Source of the DNA: a bacterium
GTDB lineage: Bacteria > Patescibacteriota > Patescibacteriia > CAZCGY01
Length of the DNA stretch: 39,865 nt
Assembly: GCA_043807225.1 (NCBI GenBank)
Contig: JAZDGG010000060.1
Location: 1 to 39,865 of the forward strand
Direction: 5' to 3'
Below are positions 25,738 to 35,117 of this stretch, one piece after another. A program made the translations under genes and the position numbers. Under the pieces are notes generated by a model. The model searched no databases. It was not told the origin of the DNA and was given only the letters and a program-made list of their open reading frames with translations. How positions within the stretch are numbered: the first letter of the stretch is position 1; the number at the start of each line of letters is the position of its first letter.

Positions 25738-26215
25738 GTCGTTTCCTTACTTTCGACTCCTCCCGAGGAACAATGGTAATCGGGATGCTCACCATTGCAT
25801 CCCCGACACGGATCTCAACGGTCTCTTTTCCAATTGTCGTAAAGTTTTTTTCAATCTGGACGGATGATGCAGGAATGTCGCAAAAACCTTGTGCTGCGAG
25901 CGCGGCGCAGATTTCACGAGCACCAAGACTGCCGAAGAGGATTCCGCGCTCGTTTGCCCGCGCGTGGATCCTCAATGAAACCGCTGACAACTTCTTTCTG
26001 AGCATCTCATGCTGGCTTGCTTCGCGCGTTTGCTGTTCGCTGCGCTCGTGCCCTGCACGTTCCGCCGTGGCTTTCACTTTCGTCGTCGCGGGTATGGCGC
26101 TGTTGTTCGGAAAGAGAAAATTCTTTGCGAATCCCGCGCTGACCGTCTGGATCTCGCCTTTTCGCCCATGCGGCAGTACGTCGACAAGAAAAAGGACGGG
26201 GATCTTCTTGCTCAT
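25688..26215 (-). CDS. rplI: 50S ribosomal protein L9 with a C-terminal extension
   Basis: [25 protein letters not shown] and G.LFGS. Confidence 0.92.
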   Translation of the reverse strand: MSKKIPVLFLVDVLPHGRKGEIQTVSAGFAKNFLFPNNSAIPATTKVKATAERAGHERSEQQTREASQHEMLRKKLSAVSLRIHARANERGILFGSLGAREICAALAAQGFCDIPASSVQIEKNFTTIGKETVEIRVGDAMVSIPITIVPREESKVRKRPTSHAEQEGRGRTSTG

Positions 26216-27435
26216 TGTGCCCCTGTGAAGTGTTCTTTGACCGTTCGAATTGCCTGGTCGAGCTGTGGATCGCGGTCATGATTGTAATCGTCCTCCGTGC
26301 GTTCCACCACGATATCCGGAGAAATCCCGTGATCCTGTATTGATCGGCCGTTCGGGGTCAACCATTTTGCCACCGTCACTTTCATGCTCGCCCCGCCGGG
26401 GAGCTCTTTGACTTCTTGCACCGAACCTTTGCCAAAGCTCGTCGTGCCGACCAACGTAGCGGCTTGTAGGTCTTGGAGCGCTCCTGCGACGATCTCTGCG
26501 CCTGATGCGCTGCCTTGATCGATCAGCACAACGGCCGGGATACCGAGAAGGGTTCCGCCACCCTCAGTCTTCATCGCGGATCGGGCATGATCAGACCCCT
26601 CTTCAAACACCACCGTGGTCCCCTCCTGGACGAACTGCGCCGTAACGCTCACGGCAGCATCCAAGTACCCACCCGGATTATTCCGAAGATCCAGAATGAT
26701 CCCTTTGGCGTTTTTGACGACGGCCTCATTCGACACCGAAAGAAAATCCCTTGCCGTCTCGGGCCCAAAATAGGAGATAGTGATAGCAACGATGCCGTCC
26801 TCGAGATTGCGCATCGTGACGCTTTTGACCGTGATGCTTTCGCGAACGATTTTGACCTCCCGCGGAACGTTCTCGGTGGGTTTTTGCACGCTGAGCACTA
26901 CCGTCGTTCCTTTCTGTCCGCGTATTTTCTGCACCGCTTCGTCAACCGTCATCTCTGCCGTCCCGGCGCCGTCGATTGCCAGGATGCGATCGCCGGCGAG
27001 CAATCCAACCCGCTCTGCCGGCGATCCCGACAATGGAGCGATGATCACCAACAAGTTGTTCTTCATTCCAATTTCCGCACCAATGCCTTCAAAGGTTCCT
27101 TGGATTTCTTCTTGAAAATCTTTTGACTCTCCCGGGGTGAAAAATATCGTATAGGGGTCTTTGAGCGTTGAGAGGAGCCCGCGGATTGCGCCATAGGTTG
27201 CCGCGGTCGCATCGACGGGCTGTGAGACGTAGTTGTGCTGCACAACGTCCCAAACGTTGTCGAGGAGCGAAAAATCCGTCGAGACCGACGATGTCTTCGG
27301 CGTCCGAAAGAGGGACGAAATGCCGCCGGGCTCACCGTGCAGACCGAGGAGATACCCAAAGACAAAACTCCCAAAAAGCAGCAGGACGCCAAGAAAGAAA
27401 AGGATTCTCTTCTGTGGTTTTGGTGGTTGCGCCAT
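26212..27435 (-). CDS. S41A carboxy-terminal processing protease (PDZ, CtpA-like)
   Basis: DPYT, FEGIGAEI, SPAERVGL, LDLRNNPGG, SASGAEI, GKGSVQ, W.TPNGRSI, DPQL; N-terminal TM. Confidence 0.95.
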   Translation of the reverse strand: MAQPPKPQKRILFFLGVLLLFGSFVFGYLLGLHGEPGGISSLFRTPKTSSVSTDFSLLDNVWDVVQHNYVSQPVDATAATYGAIRGLLSTLKDPYTIFFTPGESKDFQEEIQGTFEGIGAEIGMKNNLLVIIAPLSGSPAERVGLLAGDRILAIDGAGTAEMTVDEAVQKIRGQKGTTVVLSVQKPTENVPREVKIVRESITVKSVTMRNLEDGIVAITISYFGPETARDFLSVSNEAVVKNAKGIILDLRNNPGGYLDAAVSVTAQFVQEGTTVVFEEGSDHARSAMKTEGGGTLLGIPAVVLIDQGSASGAEIVAGALQDLQAATLVGTTSFGKGSVQEVKELPGGASMKVTVAKWLTPNGRSIQDHGISPDIVVERTEDDYNHDRDPQLDQAIRTVKEHFTGAQ

Positions 27436-27438
27436 CCG

Positions 27439-28701
27439 CTATTCGTCCTTTCTGGTGATGTGCGCGCCGAGCGAGCGAAGGCGCTCATCGATTGCCTCAT
27501 AGCCGCGGTCGACAATCTGCGCTTCACGGATCGTGGTCGTCCCTTGAGCGATCAGCGCGGCAACAATCAGTGTCGCCCCGGCGCGGAGATCGAAACTGGT
27601 GATGTCTTGGCCGTAGAGTGGTGTTGGGCCGGTGATGAGAACGCGATGCGGATCGCAAATCACCGCGTTCGCGCCCATCTTGATGAGTTCTTGTACATAG
27701 CCAAGACGCCCTTCGTACATAGGGTCGTGGATCAAAGACGTCCCTTCCGCTTGTGTCGCGAGTACCGCAAAAGGCGCTTGCAAATCGGTCGGAAAACCAG
27801 GATACGGCAACGTTTGAACGCGAAAGGCGCGTATCCGGTGCGTTGGTTGGATAGTGAGGATCGACCCGTCAATCGTCGAGGTCACCCCCGCCTGGCGAAA
27901 CTTAAGTAGAAGGAGGTGCAGGTGATCGGGATTGATGTTGTGGATGGCAATCTTCCCCCGTGTGACTGCCGCGACGACCGCCCACGTGCCGATTTCGATT
28001 TGGTCGGGGATCAGTTCATGCCGCGCGCCGTGGAGCTGCTCTTCCCCGTGAATGGTCAGAACGTGGGTCCCGATACCATCAATGCGCGCGCCCATCTTGA
28101 CCAGGAATCTCGCAAGGTCCTGCACATGCGGTTCTGCGGCAGCGATATGGATCGTCGTCGTCCCTTGAGCCGTCACGGCAGCAAGAAGAACATTCTCGGT
28201 TGCCGTAACGCTGAACTCCGACAGAACGATGGCCGCGCCCTTGAGCCGGTCCCCGCGTTGGAAGTGGATCGTTGCTCTCCCCTCTTCGACATCGGCGCCA
28301 AGCGCACGCATCGCGTCAAGATGAACATCCATGGGTCGATTGCCGATGATGCATCCTCCGGGATGGGGAACTTCGATTTCCCTGAATCTGGCGAGCAGTG
28401 GACCGATCAGGAGAACGGATGATCGGAGTTTTCGAACGGTTGACGCGATGATTTTTTGCGGATCGACGCCCTTGCAGCAGATCGACACTGTATGCTCATC
28501 CGTCCACTGCACCGAAGCGCCTAAGCCCTCTAAGAGCTCGAGCATCTTGAAGACATCGACGATTCTTGGTACATTCGATACCACACAGGTCTCGTCGGTC
28601 AGAAGCGTCGCAGCGAGAATGGGCGTTGCAGCATTCTTCATGCCGCCGACGAAGACGTCTCCCTGGAGTTTCTGTTTTCCCTCTATGATGAATTGCGCCA
28701 T
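27439..28701 (-). CDS. murA: UDP-N-acetylglucosamine 1-carboxyvinyltransferase
   Basis: KNAATPIL, PGGCIIGNRP (active-site Cys retained), SVTATEN, AAAEPH, PYPGFPTDLQA, DLRAGA, DRGYE. Confidence 0.97.
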   Translation of the reverse strand: MAQFIIEGKQKLQGDVFVGGMKNAATPILAATLLTDETCVVSNVPRIVDVFKMLELLEGLGASVQWTDEHTVSICCKGVDPQKIIASTVRKLRSSVLLIGPLLARFREIEVPHPGGCIIGNRPMDVHLDAMRALGADVEEGRATIHFQRGDRLKGAAIVLSEFSVTATENVLLAAVTAQGTTTIHIAAAEPHVQDLARFLVKMGARIDGIGTHVLTIHGEEQLHGARHELIPDQIEIGTWAVVAAVTRGKIAIHNINPDHLHLLLLKFRQAGVTSTIDGSILTIQPTHRIRAFRVQTLPYPGFPTDLQAPFAVLATQAEGTSLIHDPMYEGRLGYVQELIKMGANAVICDPHRVLITGPTPLYGQDITSFDLRAGATLIVAALIAQGTTTIREAQIVDRGYEAIDERLRSLGAHITRKDE

Positions 28702-28722
28702 ACGCTTCTCCGGTGAAGCATC

Positions 28723-28751
28723 ATTGTACGGTATTTTTCTTGAAGGGTCAA
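28723..28751 (-). promoter_or_regulatory. murA-S41-rplI promoter, TTGACC-N17-TACAAT
   Basis: Minus strand TTGACC cttcaagaaaaataccg TACAAT, followed by GGAG before the ATG. Confidence 0.7.
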
Positions 28752-28755
28752 AAAG

Positions 28756-30069
28756 ATGCTGACGCTGCGCGTTCGTCGGATTCTCTACATGTCGTTTTCA
28801 GCCGTTTTTGTCCTGATCGCTGCTACGCTGCTCCTCTATGGATCTGGATTCCGTTTCGATTGGTCACGGAAAGCGTTCTATCAGCCAAGTTTCATCGTTT
28901 TCTCAGTTGTACCGCAACCGGATCGCTGTTTCATCGATAATCAGCCGCTGGCGTGTATGGGGACATCTTTTCGCGTTGTTGCGGCCCCGGGGAATCACGC
29001 ACTCCGTCTGGAAAGGTCGGGGTATTTCTCTTGGGAAGGGAGCGTCGCTGCGCGTTCCGGGATCGTATCATCCCTTGGCGACATCCGTCTTTTCCGTCAG
29101 CAATCGAGCCAAGTGATCGCCGACCAGGTAATGCGCGTGACGGCTTCGCCGAATGCAAAATACGCAGTGGTGCTCCGAAAGACGCAACCGGTTCTTCAGC
29201 TGATTGATTTGGAGATGTCGGTCGTCACGCCACTCCCATTTGAGGGCCACGGGGCGGTTGAAGAAATGGCATGGAGCCCATCCAGTACCGAGATCGCCGT
29301 GCAGAGTGTTGATAATGGACAGCAGACGTTGACGTTCCTGCCGGTAACCGGCGCTGCCAGTGTCGTCCCCATTGTTGCCCCCGCGCTGGAGCGTTTTCAA
29401 TGGAGCACGCGTCGTCCACACCACCTTTTCTACCTGCAGGATGGCGTTCTGAGCGATCTTGATCTCGATGCAAGTGTCTCGACCGTCGTTGCAACCAATG
29501 TAGCCGCGTGGACAGAATCCGGGAACGCACTCACCCTGATCTCTCCAGAAGGAAACGTCGAAACGCTCGACGCACAGAATCCTTTCACGTCCTCGCGGGC
29601 TCACCTCGGGACGCTTCTGCATTTTCGTCACCCGCAATTCGTCACGGGATCGTCGTCGTTCCTGGCCATCCATGACCCAGAGAGCAAGCAACTCGCTCTC
29701 TTTCGACTTTCCGACCGCGTGCCGCAACCGCTTCTCTATCACAATATTACGCACTGCTCGTGGTCCGAGGACATGAGCACGCTTCTCCTTGGCAGCGAGT
29801 ATGAGTTGTTTACGTTCAACGTCCTCCGGTCAGAACCGCGGCTGCTGCGCCGTTCAGGCGAGCCGCTCGGTGCCGTTCTCTGGTTTCCGAACTATCCGTA
29901 TCTTCTCGTTCAGCAAAACCGTTCGCTGATCGTCCTGGATGCGCTTGCTCGGAGCACTCCACTCACCATCGGTTTTCTCCAAGGAGTACCGCAGGAGCTT
30001 TTTCTCAACCGGTCGAACAATACCTTTTTTTCGCTCTCGGACGAAAAGGTTGTTGCGCAGTCGCTGTAG
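28756..30069 (+). CDS. Membrane-anchored PEGA-like plus beta-propeller hypothetical protein
   Basis: N-terminal TM, YGSGFRFDW, PG.H.LRLERSGYFSW (PEGA-like), repeated SPNA/WSPS/WSED propeller turns. Confidence 0.7.
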   Translation: MLTLRVRRILYMSFSAVFVLIAATLLLYGSGFRFDWSRKAFYQPSFIVFSVVPQPDRCFIDNQPLACMGTSFRVVAAPGNHALRLERSGYFSWEGSVAARSGIVSSLGDIRLFRQQSSQVIADQVMRVTASPNAKYAVVLRKTQPVLQLIDLEMSVVTPLPFEGHGAVEEMAWSPSSTEIAVQSVDNGQQTLTFLPVTGAASVVPIVAPALERFQWSTRRPHHLFYLQDGVLSDLDLDASVSTVVATNVAAWTESGNALTLISPEGNVETLDAQNPFTSSRAHLGTLLHFRHPQFVTGSSSFLAIHDPESKQLALFRLSDRVPQPLLYHNITHCSWSEDMSTLLLGSEYELFTFNVLRSEPRLLRRSGEPLGAVLWFPNYPYLLVQQNRSLIVLDALARSTPLTIGFLQGVPQELFLNRSNNTFFSLSDEKVVAQSL

Positions 30070-30169
30070 ACATGTTTCTCGTATCGATATACTCCCGAAG
30101 TGCGGTCTCCCAGCCACGCAGAGGGGGGTCTTTGGTATTGACGAGGGTGGAGTATGTTGGACGCATTGC

Positions 30170-30894
30170 CGCGCGGATGTTCATCGCGCGTCAAGTATCC
30201 AAGTTACCGAAGCTGCGAAGGTAATCGAGAACACCTATCGGGATCTGAACATCGCGCTGACCAATGAACTTGCACAGATCTTTGCGCTCATGGGGATCCC
30301 CGTCGCCGACGTTCTGGCTGCTGCGGCAACAAAGTGGAACTTTGCGCGGTACGAGCCCGGGCTTGCCGGCGGGCATTGTATTGGTGTCGATCAATACTAC
30401 CCGACGTTTGCAGCGCAGCGTCTCGGCCATAACCCCAAAGTCATCCTTGCCGGGCGGAGGATGAATGACGGTATGGCTGAATACGTCGTCCAGAGAGTCA
30501 TCAGGATGATCATGTGTCATTGCCGGGCGGAGGATCGAACCGTCCTTGTTCTTGGGATGACGTTCAAACCGGACGTACCCGACATTCGAAACTCGAAAGT
30601 CAAGGAAATCATCCGTCGGCTGCTGGGGTATGGACTCATAGTCAACGCGTTTGACCCGATGCTCGGCGCGGACGCACCAGATTGGGGTCAATACACTACC
30701 TACAGGAGTCTGGATGAGATCCCGGCGCACAGTATTGTCCTCCTTCTCGTCCCTCACACCAGGCCTTCCTCAAAAACCGGCTTGTCCTTCTTCGTCTTTG
30801 CACACCAAGTGGCAAAAGCATTTTCTTTGATCTCAAGGGTGTCGCATCGGAACTTGCGCAGACCAGTCCGGGTTTGATCTACGAAACCCTCTAG
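30170..30894 (+). pseudogene. UDP-GlcNAc/GalNAc (TviB/WbpO-like) nucleotide-sugar dehydrogenase remnant
   Basis: EAAKVIENTYRDLNIALTNEL, TKWNF..PGLAGGHCIGVD, LGMTFKPDVPDIRNSK are present. The N-terminal NAD-binding domain is missing. A 2-nt frameshift near 30758 separates the C-terminus (HQAF...FFDLKG...YETL*). Confidence 0.85.
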
Positions 30895-30983
30895 CTGCAA
30901 CAAGCCGCGCCGATATCGCGGATTGATCGAGGGGAAAAACCACGCAACCTTCGAGGAGCGTGGGAAGCCCGCATCGTAAAACA

Positions 30984-31010
30984 GGGGGAGTACCTACCGC
31001 TCCCTTTTTT
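30984..31010. terminator. Possible intrinsic terminator, perhaps bidirectional
   Basis: AAAAC-AGGGGGAG-tacctaccg-CTCCC-TTTTTT. Confidence 0.45.
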
Positions 31011-31011
31011 C

Positions 31012-31040
31012 TTTACAGAACTGCCTTTTTTTGATAATCT
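31012..31040 (+). promoter_or_regulatory. Putative promoter of the UbiA operon, TTTACA-N17-TAATCT with extended TG
   Basis: TTTACA at 31012-31017; TGaTAATCT at 31032-31040. Confidence 0.45.
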
Positions 31041-31094
31041 ACAGCTCATTGTCTTCTTTATTCGGAAGTAATTCTTGTTAACCGCATCGCTTTG

Positions 31095-31973
31095 ATGTTT
31101 TCTGCGATCGCCGAATCTTTGCGAGTAAAACAGTGGACGAAGAACCTCATCGTTTTCGCGGCGTTAATTTTTTCACTGAATTTTTTTGACACTGCGCTCC
31201 TTCTCCGATCCTTCTTTGCCTTTGCACTCTTTTGTGCGGCGGCGAGTGGAACGTACTTCTTGAACGACGTCCTCGATAGAGAGCAAGATCGTCAGCACCC
31301 GACAAAATCTCTCCGCCCGATCGCCTCTGGGAGACTATCCGTGCAAAAAGCGCTGTTGGTCGGCTTTCTCCTTCTTCTGCTGAGCGTTGCGGGAAGTTTT
31401 CTTCTCACCGCTTGGCTTGGCTGGACGATCACTGGCTATCTCGTTCTGCAGTTTTTCTACTCCAAATATCTCAAGCGTGTCGTTATCCTCGACATCATGG
31501 TGATTGCCTTTGGGTTTGTTCTCCGCGCAGTCGCGGGAGCGGTCGCGATTGACGTGGCGATCTCCCACTGGCTTCTCGTCACCACCCTCCTCCTCGCCCT
31601 CTTTCTTGGATTCGGGAAGCGTCGTCATGAGCTCATGCTGCTCCAGGAAAATGCGAATACCCATCGGCCGGTGCTCACCGACTACAGCCCATACTTTCTC
31701 GACCAGATGATCGGCATCGTGACGGCGTCGACCGTCATCGTCTACATGCTCTACACCACGTCGTCAGAAGCAACCGCACATTTTGGCGGGCCAAAGCTCC
31801 TCTACACGATGCCGTTCGTTCTCTATGGCATTTTTCGCTACCTCTATCTCATCCATCAGAAAGACCATGGCGGCGACCCATCGAAAACGCTGTTGACCGA
31901 CCCTCCGCTGATTATCGACATCATTCTTTGGGCAGCGATCGTCATCATCCTGCTCTATTACTCCCACATATGA
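31095..31973 (+). CDS. UbiA-family polyprenyl-phosphate 5-phosphoribosyltransferase (DPPR synthase / Rv3806c-like)
   Basis: RVKQWTKNL, YFLNDVLD..DRQHPTK..RPIASG, YSKYLKR, GFVLRAVAG, FGKRRHEL, YGIFRY, GGDP; this motif set is typical of the DPPR-synthase subfamily. Confidence 0.88.
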   Translation: MFSAIAESLRVKQWTKNLIVFAALIFSLNFFDTALLLRSFFAFALFCAAASGTYFLNDVLDREQDRQHPTKSLRPIASGRLSVQKALLVGFLLLLLSVAGSFLLTAWLGWTITGYLVLQFFYSKYLKRVVILDIMVIAFGFVLRAVAGAVAIDVAISHWLLVTTLLLALFLGFGKRRHELMLLQENANTHRPVLTDYSPYFLDQMIGIVTASTVIVYMLYTTSSEATAHFGGPKLLYTMPFVLYGIFRYLYLIHQKDHGGDPSKTLLTDPPLIIDIILWAAIVIILLYYSHI

Positions 31974-33049
31974 AATCAAAAGTCGCAGTCCTGTACACAA
32001 AACCGGAGACTGTCTTGGCGGATTACGCGCGGCTCATGGATCTTGCTGGTGCACGGGATGCGCTTCCGCTGGGTAAGCCCGTCATCCTCAAGGATAACAT
32101 CTCGTGGCACTTCCCGATGCCGGGAGCAAACACCACGCCGTGGCAGCTGGAGGGCGTCGTGCAGTATCTGCAGCAGAGCGGATACACAAACACGGTCTGC
32201 GTCCAGAATAAAACCGTGGTCACGAACGCGTTCAAGGGTGAGGATTTGAACAAATACGTCCCCATCTTCAAGAAATACCACATCCCAGTTCTCTATAACT
32301 TCAAAGATCAGGATATGCGATGGATTGAATACGCGCCGAAAGCGGAGATGCTCGTGCTGAAAAAGATTTTTCCCGAAGGTATTCGCATCCCTGATTACTT
32401 CGTCGGAAAAAGTATCATCCATTTGCCGACGGTGAAGTGTCACATCTACACGACAACAACCGGGGCAATGAAAAATGCATTTGGTGGCCTTTTGAACACA
32501 AAACGGCATTATACACACTCGTGGATTCACGAAACGCTCGTTGATCTTCTTGCTATCCAAAAGGAAATCCACAGCGGCATTTTTGCCGTCATAGACGGAA
32601 CAACCGCCGGCAACGGCCCCGGCCCGCGGACAATGTATCCGGAAATAAAAAACGTCATCCTCGCCTCCGCCGATCAAGTTGCCATCGATGCGGTTGCCGC
32701 AAAACTTATGGGATTTGATCCTCTCTCGATCAAGTATATCCGACTCGCCAACGAACGCGGGTTGGGCAACGGCGACCCGCGGAACATTGAGATCGTCGGG
32801 GACGATATTGCCGGTGTCAACTGGCATTTCTCCGTCGGCGACAACTTTGCGAGCCGCGTCGGCGACATGCTGTGGTTCAGCCCGCTGAAAAAGATCCAGA
32901 ACTTCTTTTTCCGCACACCACTTGTGAATCTCTTTATTTTTGGTTCCGAGGCGTACCATGATTACTTTCGTTGGCCGGCGAAGGACCGTCGCATCTTTCA
33001 ACGCTGGCTGCGTGAAACCGAGTGGGGAAAGTTATTTGTACAGTATTAA
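31970..33049 (+). CDS. DUF362 domain protein, without a ferredoxin domain
   Basis: ILKDNISWH, TTPWQLEGV, HLPTVKCH..TTTTGAMKNAFG, DGT.AGNGPGP, DQVAIDAVAAKLMGFDP. ATG at 31970 overlaps the UbiA stop. Confidence 0.85.
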   Translation: MKSKVAVLYTKPETVLADYARLMDLAGARDALPLGKPVILKDNISWHFPMPGANTTPWQLEGVVQYLQQSGYTNTVCVQNKTVVTNAFKGEDLNKYVPIFKKYHIPVLYNFKDQDMRWIEYAPKAEMLVLKKIFPEGIRIPDYFVGKSIIHLPTVKCHIYTTTTGAMKNAFGGLLNTKRHYTHSWIHETLVDLLAIQKEIHSGIFAVIDGTTAGNGPGPRTMYPEIKNVILASADQVAIDAVAAKLMGFDPLSIKYIRLANERGLGNGDPRNIEIVGDDIAGVNWHFSVGDNFASRVGDMLWFSPLKKIQNFFFRTPLVNLFIFGSEAYHDYFRWPAKDRRIFQRWLRETEWGKLFVQY

Positions 33050-33054
33050 ACGGA

Positions 33055-34035
33055 ATGGCTGACGGTCGCGCTGTCCAGAAGCGATTTCTTCTCTCTGTCG
33101 TTCTTGGTGTTGGGGTATTTTTTGCGCTCATCGTTTTTGGAAACGCAAAAGAAACAGGCATCGCCTTGCACCACATTGCCTGGCGGTACCTGCCGTCCGT
33201 TTTTGCGCTGGCATTTCTCAATTATTGTATTCGCTTTATCCGTTGGCATTATTATCTCCGAATTTCAAAAATCTGTTTGCCCTTCGCCCAGAGTCTCACA
33301 GTCTTTTTTTGTGGTCTCAGCATGTCAATTACCCCTGGAAAAATCGGCGAAGTGGTCAAGGCATATTTTGTCAAAACGCTCAATGGGACCCCCATGAGCA
33401 GTACCCTTGGTATCGTATTTGTGGAACGATTCACTGATCTGTTTGCCGTTGTGTTGCTCGCGAGCATTGGAGCACTGAGTTTTCATTATGGCCAAATAGT
33501 CGTATTTATTGGCGCTGCCATTGTTTTTTTCATACTTGCCATTATCATAAACCGACGGCTTTCCGAGAGACTTATCCGCCTGCTTGCTCGTGTTCGCCGG
33601 CTTTCACAATTTTCCGAAAAGCTCTTTACTGTGTATGAGCATTCTCATCGTCTCCTCTCAGCGCGACCGCTCACGATTGGTCTGATGCTGGGCATCCTTG
33701 CGTGGTTCAGTGAATGCTTCGCGTTCTTTCTTGTCCTCCAGAGTCTCCAGATTCCGCTTTCTCTGACGATGGCAATATTTATCTACGCATTTTCAACACT
33801 TTTTGGCGCAATGACGATGCTCCCGGGAGGACTTGCGACAACCGAGGGTAGTATGGCCGGCCTTCTGCTTCTTCGAGGAATCCCCAAAGATGCCGCTGCA
33901 GCTGCGACGATTGTTATCCGCATTGCAACGCTGTGGTTCGCTGTGCTCTTTGGGATTCTCTGGATGCTCCCCTATCGAAAGATGACGGTAAAGGCAAAAA
34001 TGAATAGCGAAAAACAAGCGCATGGAACGTTGTGA
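33055..34035 (+). CDS. Lysylphosphatidylglycerol-synthase TM / UPF0104 flippase-like membrane protein
   Basis: IRFIRW, TPGKIGEVVK, VERFTD, LPGGLATTEG, IRIATLW; about 8 TM. Confidence 0.85.
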   Translation: MADGRAVQKRFLLSVVLGVGVFFALIVFGNAKETGIALHHIAWRYLPSVFALAFLNYCIRFIRWHYYLRISKICLPFAQSLTVFFCGLSMSITPGKIGEVVKAYFVKTLNGTPMSSTLGIVFVERFTDLFAVVLLASIGALSFHYGQIVVFIGAAIVFFILAIIINRRLSERLIRLLARVRRLSQFSEKLFTVYEHSHRLLSARPLTIGLMLGILAWFSECFAFFLVLQSLQIPLSLTMAIFIYAFSTLFGAMTMLPGGLATTEGSMAGLLLLRGIPKDAAAAATIVIRIATLWFAVLFGILWMLPYRKMTVKAKMNSEKQAHGTL

Positions 34036-34669
34036 ACTCCACCTTCATACTGAATTTTCTCGCGACTGCGCGATGAGTCTGCAGACGGTAATTGCGGCGT
34101 GCGAGCGACAGGGCATTACAACGCTTTTTGTGACCGACCATAACGAAATTGAAGGGGCGCGGCAGCTTCAAAAGATCGCGCCATTTCGCGTTATCCCGTC
34201 CGAGGAAATCACGACCTCCGAGGGAGAGCTTATTGGTTACTTTCTCAAAGATCGCATCGCGCCATCCCAGACACCCGAGGCAACCATTGTGGAAATCCGA
34301 CGTCAGGGCGGGATCGTGTCCGTGCCGCATCCATTTGATCGTCTTCGCGGCTCTGCAATTCGTCGTGAGACCCTTGAACGAATCATCTCTCAAATCGACC
34401 TTCTCGAGATATTTAATTCTCGTAACATCTTCCCAAGGGACGACCAAAGAGCCGAGCAATACGCGCGATCGACTGGGAAGCTCTCGACTGTCGGCTCAGA
34501 TGCGCACTCTCGTCAGGAGATTGGCCGTTCGTATCTTGAGCTGGGAGATTTTTCGACACCGGCTGAATTCCTTGAAGCACTCAAAACCGCGAAACGATAC
34601 CCCCGACGAAGTTCTCCGTTTGTGCATGTCGTTACGCTTTTCAAAAAACACGTCCCCTGGTTCCGTTAG
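34022..34669 (+). CDS. PHP-family metal-dependent phosphoesterase
   Basis: LHLHT..S.D, VTDHN, EEI, PHPFD, EIFNSR, GSDAH. Confidence 0.9.
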   Translation: MERCELHLHTEFSRDCAMSLQTVIAACERQGITTLFVTDHNEIEGARQLQKIAPFRVIPSEEITTSEGELIGYFLKDRIAPSQTPEATIVEIRRQGGIVSVPHPFDRLRGSAIRRETLERIISQIDLLEIFNSRNIFPRDDQRAEQYARSTGKLSTVGSDAHSRQEIGRSYLELGDFSTPAEFLEALKTAKRYPRRSSPFVHVVTLFKKHVPWFR

Positions 34670-34703
34670 CCCCCAACCCCTCCATGAGAACCACCACAAG
34701 GAC

Positions 34704-35117
34704 TCAGTCCGACTCGTGGATCTCTTCGGTAATTGCCGTAAGAGCAATCAGTGCAACGATAACCGATGAGGCCGCCCCAAGGAGAATTGCCATCGTAATA
34801 CCCTGGCCTCGCATTTGTAGATACACAAGAAATCCGCACACTATCGCGATCCCGGCAATCACCACCGTGATCGTACGATGATTCTGGGAACCTTTTTGCT
34901 TGGGGGAATCCTTTTCCTGATACGCCGCGAGAAAAGAAAACCCGAAAATTCCCGACCCGATGGCAAGAAAGAGGAGAACGTCGGTATTCAGTGAATGAGA
35001 AACAAACCCAGGACTTACTGATTCAAGAAAAGAAAAAAAGCCGAAGGCAACGAGCGAAACATAAAATAACTCCGTAACAACAAACCGTATAATGATGGCA
35101 GCTTGATTCTTTGTCAT
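34704..35117 (-). CDS. Small multi-TM hypothetical protein
   Basis: 137 aa with about 4 hydrophobic segments; ATGA overlap with the upstream gene. Confidence 0.75.
   Translation of the reverse strand: MTKNQAAIIIRFVVTELFYVSLVAFGFFSFLESVSPGFVSHSLNTDVLLFLAIGSGIFGFSFLAAYQEKDSPKQKGSQNHRTITVVIAGIAIVCGFLVYLQMRGQGITMAILLGAASSVIVALIALTAITEEIHESD

Noticed and set aside
29939-30877. 312-aa ORF as an intact dehydrogenase
   Set aside because: The first ~75 aa are non-homologous and overlap the upstream gene, there is no Rossmann motif, and the C-terminus is frameshifted.
30920-31010. Possible c-di-GMP-I or cobalamin riboswitch
   Set aside because: Key motifs (GNRA loop with GACGCAAAGC; B12 box) are not present.
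31976-33001. 341-aa minus-strand ORF
   Set aside because: Antisense shadow of the DUF362 gene.
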